Shown here: positions 45,112-48,978 of the stretch, piece by piece | Position numbering within the stretch: the first letter of the stretch is position 1 | Layout of the letters: every line of letters starts with the position of its first letter | Virus record (IMG/VR): IMGVR_UViG_2518285548_000002 | Span: 64,001 to 112,978 of that record | DNA length: 48,978 nt | From: a virus | Taxonomy: Duplodnaviria > Heunggongvirae > Uroviricota > Caudoviricetes | Direction: 5' to 3' (one strand) | Notes under the pieces: model-generated | The model's input: the letters and a program-made list of their open reading frames with translations, nothing else | What the model was told of the DNA's origin: nothing | The model's database searches: none | Made by a program: the position numbers and the translations under genes

Positions 45112-45882
45112 TTGGTCGCTCGTAAAAGAATCGCAGTAGTCGCTACGGCGGCAATCGCATCCGTGGTGATGTACGGAGGTCTTACGACCCCTAAGGGAAC
45201 AGAGAATGAGCCTGTGGCAAGTACTACCGTCACTGAATCGGTTCATAAAAGAGAGATTAGTCTCGCGCCTGTTGTTCCTCTGGTACCGCAGGTGGGAGCA
45301 GAGCCTAAGAAAGCTGAGACAGTTGAGATAGCTAAGAAAGTAGAGAAACACGAAGTAAAAGCCGCTGAGGTGGTCAAGAAGGATGTGTCGGATATTGTTC
45401 CCCCGTCACACGAAACTATCGCGGCGGTGCTTGAGAAGTACATCGAGATGCACCATGGGAAGGCAGTCAGTAGGGATAAACTTCTAAAGTATATATCCTG
45501 GGCTGATACCTACACCCAGGATACGGAGATCGACCCTCTATGGATTCTCGCCATGATGTGGCAGGAAAGCAGGTTCCTTGAAAAGAGCAAATCATCCCAT
45601 GGAGCTATTGGACTCCTACAGATTCTCCCTAGCACCGCTAAGTCCTTCGGTGTAAGCCCTAGTGAGCTTAATGACCCCGAGACAAACATTGACACTTCCA
45701 TCAAGTACCTGAGCTATCTGTTAGACAGGTATGATGGTAACCTCCGCACGACTACTATTGCTTACAACCAAGGAGAAGGTAATGTAGCGAGAGGTAAGGC
45801 ACGTTCCTGGTATTACACCAGTGTGAAGAAGCACTACGACAAAATGGCTCGGATGCTTGAGGAAGCAAGACAAGACCGTTAG
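45112..45882 (+). CDS. Secreted or membrane-anchored lytic transglycosylase (SLT domain)
   Basis: N-terminal signal/TM segment; WQESRF (catalytic Glu), GAIGLLQI, DPETNI, AYNQG. Confidence 0.9.
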   Translation: MVARKRIAVVATAAIASVVMYGGLTTPKGTENEPVASTTVTESVHKREISLAPVVPLVPQVGAEPKKAETVEIAKKVEKHEVKAAEVVKKDVSDIVPPSHETIAAVLEKYIEMHHGKAVSRDKLLKYISWADTYTQDTEIDPLWILAMMWQESRFLEKSKSSHGAIGLLQILPSTAKSFGVSPSELNDPETNIDTSIKYLSYLLDRYDGNLRTTTIAYNQGEGNVARGKARSWYYTSVKKHYDKMARMLEEARQDR

Positions 45883-45955
45883 GTTTTCATGAAACTGCCA
45901 TAACCTACGGTAAAGGCTTCATTACAACCAATCATTCCGAGGAGGATTTACCCCA

Positions 45956-46258
45956 ATGGCAAACACAAACGAAGTTGTATACAAGAAAGACCTTGTAGCT
46001 GAACTAGCTGATAAGGAGAAAATTACAAAAGTGGAAGCGGAGCGGCGCATTGACATTGTGCTAGATATGGTGACTGATAAGCTCGAAAATGGCAAAGATG
46101 TCAAACTGGCTAACTTCTTCAACTTCTTCAATCGCAAGCGCAATGCGAAGAATGCGAAGAATCCACAGACAGGTGAAGACATGGTTATCAAGGCTACTAA
46201 GACAGTAGTCGCTAAGATGACAAAGCCACTTAAAGACCGCATCCAAGGCAAGAAGTAG
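45956..46258 (+). CDS. HU/IHF-family DNA-binding protein
   Basis: KKDLVAELA...VKLANFFNF..RKRNAKNAKNPQTGE.M.IKA......K..K.LKD.I. Confidence 0.92.
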   Translation: MANTNEVVYKKDLVAELADKEKITKVEAERRIDIVLDMVTDKLENGKDVKLANFFNFFNRKRNAKNAKNPQTGEDMVIKATKTVVAKMTKPLKDRIQGKK

Positions 46259-46270
46259 ACCTTCAAAGCC

Positions 46271-46315
46271 AATGGCGGGGGTTTGTTGAAATACAACGGA
46301 CTCCCGCCATTTTTA
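46271..46315 (+). terminator. Intrinsic terminator
   Basis: AATGGCGGG...CCCGCCATT with inner TTGTTG/CAACG pairing and a T-run. Confidence 0.75.
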
Positions 46316-46343
46316 TACCCAAAAGACAACGAGGAGGGCACAT

Positions 46344-47156
46344 ATGGAGAACTACCCTGACCACATTACTGATAATTTAGCCGTTTCTAACAATTACTAT
46401 TCGATGGATTTGACAGGTAATATCCACAGGTGCAAGGTGGACGAGAGTTTCCTCGGAGACTGTATGTTGGTAAACGAGAACCTAATATGGCACTCGGTTC
46501 ATAAATACATCGGCAAGCCTGAAGCGATTGTCAGAAATCACTGTGTAGAGAAGGATGACATTCTTCAATTAGGTAGAATGGGGTTCATCAAAGCTGTTAA
46601 GGCTTTTGACACGGAGCGGGGCGTGAAATTCAGCTCATTTGCTGTAACAGCCATTGTAAGGGAGATCAGATGCTTCCTCCGAGACAGTGCCAGTATTATC
46701 CGCCCAACCCGCACGGCAAATGAGCTAATTAACCGAATCAATAGGGTAGAGTACGAAATGGGTTACCTTCCTAGCATCTCCGATATTGCTATGATGCTAG
46801 ATGAGGATGAAGAGAAGATCACTAAAGCCCTTCGGGTAGGAAAAGGTGTAAAGTACCTTGATGAGCCTGTAGGGTCGGATATTCAACAATCTCAAGTGGT
46901 GACCCTTCTTGACATAATCGACAGCGGCGAGGGTATCGAGGATGGTGTAGTAGATAGAGTATATGTGGACGCTGTAATAGAGTCTGTGAAACGAAAGCTC
47001 AATGAGAAAGAACTTAGTGTTCTGAAACGAAGACTAGAAGGATTTAATCAGACTCAGACCGCTGACATTGAAGACATTAGCCAAATGAGAGTATCGAGAA
47101 TTATGAGAAAGGTAGCTCGGATGCTTGATAGCCATGAATATGATGTCGGGGTATAA
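46344..47156 (+). CDS. Sporulation-type (SigF/SigG/SigB family) sigma factor
   Basis: NENLIWHSVHKY, DDILQLGRMGFIKAVKAFDTERGVKFSSFAVTAIVREIRCFLRD, a region 3 (PSISDIAMML), TQTADIEDISQMRVSRI. Confidence 0.88.
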   Translation: MENYPDHITDNLAVSNNYYSMDLTGNIHRCKVDESFLGDCMLVNENLIWHSVHKYIGKPEAIVRNHCVEKDDILQLGRMGFIKAVKAFDTERGVKFSSFAVTAIVREIRCFLRDSASIIRPTRTANELINRINRVEYEMGYLPSISDIAMMLDEDEEKITKALRVGKGVKYLDEPVGSDIQQSQVVTLLDIIDSGEGIEDGVVDRVYVDAVIESVKRKLNEKELSVLKRRLEGFNQTQTADIEDISQMRVSRIMRKVARMLDSHEYDVGV

Positions 47157-47192
47157 GCAGACTAGAACAAGGAAAATATTAGGGGGAAGGGA

Positions 47193-47372
47193 TTGATACT
47201 GATGAGCGAGGACAGTCAGCAAGAGGGGCTAATGGTGGAGGATATTGTGGTTGATATGGGTCACAGTACGTTAATCGTAAGTGGGTCTCCTTCCCCTGAA
47301 GCCTGTGAGCGGTTCATTAAGATACTGTCGGAGATGAAAGCCGAACAGCGTTCTAATCGCATCAAAGCCTGA
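47193..47372 (+). CDS. 59-aa protein, candidate recombination directionality factor
   Basis: RBS GGGGGAAGG and TTG start; ...TLIVSGSPSPEACERFIKILSEM...; directly upstream of the serine recombinase. Function inferred from size and position only. Confidence 0.5.
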   Translation: MILMSEDSQQEGLMVEDIVVDMGHSTLIVSGSPSPEACERFIKILSEMKAEQRSNRIKA

Positions 47373-47373
47373 T

Positions 47374-47411
47374 AAAACGCCCAATCTGATAGTTGTCAGA
47401 TGGGCGTTTTT
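47374..47411. terminator. Intrinsic terminator
   Basis: AAAACGCCC(A)ATCTGA / TCAGATGGGCGTTTT. Confidence 0.85.
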
Positions 47412-47466
47412 GTATTAAACTGAGGAAAGAATATACATGAGGAGTTAGTAAAAGAGCCAAGGAAGG

Positions 47467-48978
47467 GTGGTAGGGAGAACCTTGAGTAAGTATGAAAAAC
47501 ACGACATAAGGCACGTAGCCATCTACCTCCGTAAATCTAGGGGAGATGAAGATAAAGACCTAGATAAACACAGGGATGAATTGGTAGAACTGTGTTTACG
47601 GAATGATTGGCAGTATATCGAATACGCGGAGATCGGGACAGGGGATTCCATCCTCGCTCGTCCCAAAATGCAACAGCTTTTAGTGGACGTAGAAGCACAA
47701 TCATTTGATGCTGTAGTGGTAATTCACTATGACCGACTCGGGCGGGGTGACAAGGTTGACCAATCCCGAATAGAGAAGACATTCGCTATGTCGGACACTC
47801 TTATCATCACCCCTCAGAAGGTATTTAACCTGAATGACGAGTCCGATATGATGCTCGCAGACTTCCAAGGGATGATCGCCCGCCAGGAGTACAAGGCAAC
47901 GTCAAGACGTATGCGTGGTGGTAAGCGGCGGGGTGCTCTAGCGGGTAATTGGAGTAATGGAACGCCACCGTTCCCTTACATATATAATCGTTTAACAAAG
48001 AAAGCTGAACCTAGTGAGATCAACCTTCCAGTGTACCGTAACATGATCGAGAGTGTGCTCAACGGGTACACGACTACTGATATTGCCTGGGACTTAAATA
48101 AAAAGGGTATCCCCTCTCCACGCAATCAGCTTTGGACTCCTGAGGTAGTAAGACGCATCGTTTGCGATGAAGTTCACCTCGGGAAAGTCATTGTCGGTAA
48201 AAAGACAAAGCACCCAACGATGGGGACGATTATGCTGAAGCCTAAAGAAGAGTGGGTTGTCGTGAACAACGCTCACAAGGCAGTTAAGACTCAGCGAGAG
48301 CATGACAAGATCATGTTTATCATTAGCCGAGAGCGTGAAACCCCTAACGCAGGGAAAGCGGGAAAACACGCTTTCTCAGGGATAATAAGGTGCGCTATTT
48401 GTGGTAACACATTGGCGATACAGAAACGGTCTAACCGCCCCCATGACTTATTGAAATCTTGTAAACACTATGACCATTGGGGTAACCGATGCATTAATAT
48501 GGGGAGTTCAATGGAGATCATCGAGGAGAACGTCTTACAAGCGATACTGCTTAAAGAGTTAGAGTTAGAGGAAGCCATCAAGAAGGGTGTGACTCTGGAT
48601 GACATCCGCAACCTTCTGGCTATGTCTGAGAAGAAGCTTGAAGAAATCAAGGAGCAAGAGAAGGCGATAGATCGCATCTATAATGCCTACGAGAAAGGTG
48701 TTTACTCAGATGAAGTGTTCGCTGAACGGAAGGATAAGGCTGAAGCTGTTCTGTACAAGCTGACCCAAGAGTATGAGTTCATACAGAAAGAGTCAGATAA
48801 TACACAGAATGCAAGGAACGAGGATATGCTCGTTACCATCAGAGAAGTTAGGGATATAATTACGGAAAGCAAAGACCCTAAAACATGCAATCGTGCTTAC
48901 AAGTCAATCATCCACAGTATCATGTGGTCTAGGGAATCAATTGAATGTAAGCCAACGGTAAAAGTAAATTTTCTGTAG
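47467..48978 (+). CDS. Large serine recombinase (integrase)
   Basis: AIYLRKSR (catalytic Ser), RPKMQQLL, YDRLGRG, recombinase domain (PFPY), zinc ribbon CAICG...C...C, coiled coil. The start could be the TTG at 47482. Confidence 0.94.
   Translation: MVGRTLSKYEKHDIRHVAIYLRKSRGDEDKDLDKHRDELVELCLRNDWQYIEYAEIGTGDSILARPKMQQLLVDVEAQSFDAVVVIHYDRLGRGDKVDQSRIEKTFAMSDTLIITPQKVFNLNDESDMMLADFQGMIARQEYKATSRRMRGGKRRGALAGNWSNGTPPFPYIYNRLTKKAEPSEINLPVYRNMIESVLNGYTTTDIAWDLNKKGIPSPRNQLWTPEVVRRIVCDEVHLGKVIVGKKTKHPTMGTIMLKPKEEWVVVNNAHKAVKTQREHDKIMFIISRERETPNAGKAGKHAFSGIIRCAICGNTLAIQKRSNRPHDLLKSCKHYDHWGNRCINMGSSMEIIEENVLQAILLKELELEEAIKKGVTLDDIRNLLAMSEKKLEEIKEQEKAIDRIYNAYEKGVYSDEVFAERKDKAEAVLYKLTQEYEFIQKESDNTQNARNEDMLVTIREVRDIITESKDPKTCNRAYKSIIHSIMWSRESIECKPTVKVNFL

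Larger units (their letters stand above)
1..48978. mobile_element. Part of a large temperate phage/prophage of a Bacillales-type host (tail, replication and integration modules)
   Basis: Phage-type gene order and content: tail-like proteins, Rep/DnaC/DnaB/primase/PolA, RNR, and a terminal large serine recombinase. Firmicute-type RBSs (GGAGGTG) and sigmaA promoters. Boundaries are not visible. Confidence 0.92.

Noticed and set aside
47343-47353. GAAC-AGC-GTTC as a second LexA box near the integrase
   Set aside because: The spacer is 3 nt rather than 4, and it lies inside a coding sequence.
452-48890. Numerous overlapping alternative-frame and antisense ORFs in the six-frame track
   Set aside because: They are nested in well-supported genes, lack RBSs and motifs, and are treated as shadow ORFs.

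Overview
The window is the right-hand ~49 kb of a large temperate Bacillales-type phage or prophage, with almost all genes on the + strand. Bases 1-17428 hold a putative tail/baseplate/adsorption module: a 5'-truncated repeat-rich giant protein, a 1.5k-aa multi-domain protein, fibre-like proteins and three tandem paralogues. A XerC/D-like tyrosine recombinase follows on the - strand. A replication, recombination and nucleotide-metabolism region comes next: HTH initiator, DnaC-like loader, DnaB, ATP-dependent ligase, RtcB, ThyX, primase, ECF-type sigma, SSB, PolA, CYTH, RNase H, Cas4-like nuclease, two resolvase-like nucleases, RecA, class II RNR, dUTPase and dTMP kinase. The window ends with a lytic transglycosylase, HU, a SigF/G-like sigma, a small RDF candidate and a large serine recombinase whose stop codon is the last base. 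No capsid, holin/endolysin, tRNA, CRISPR array or att site is visible. The most striking unannotated structure is a strict bipartite motif, TTAA(c)-16 nt-TCGTATAGA, found 11 times upstream of both tail and replication genes with ECF-promoter geometry. One copy sits upstream of the primase/ECF-sigma operon together with a sigmaA promoter overlapped by a LexA-type box, which suggests an SOS-triggered, self-amplifying phage sigma regulon. Other candidates are two ncRNAs, a 19-aa stand-alone micro-ORF and an Acb2/Tad1-hairpin-like sponge protein. All calls come from motif recognition by eye; no database search was run.
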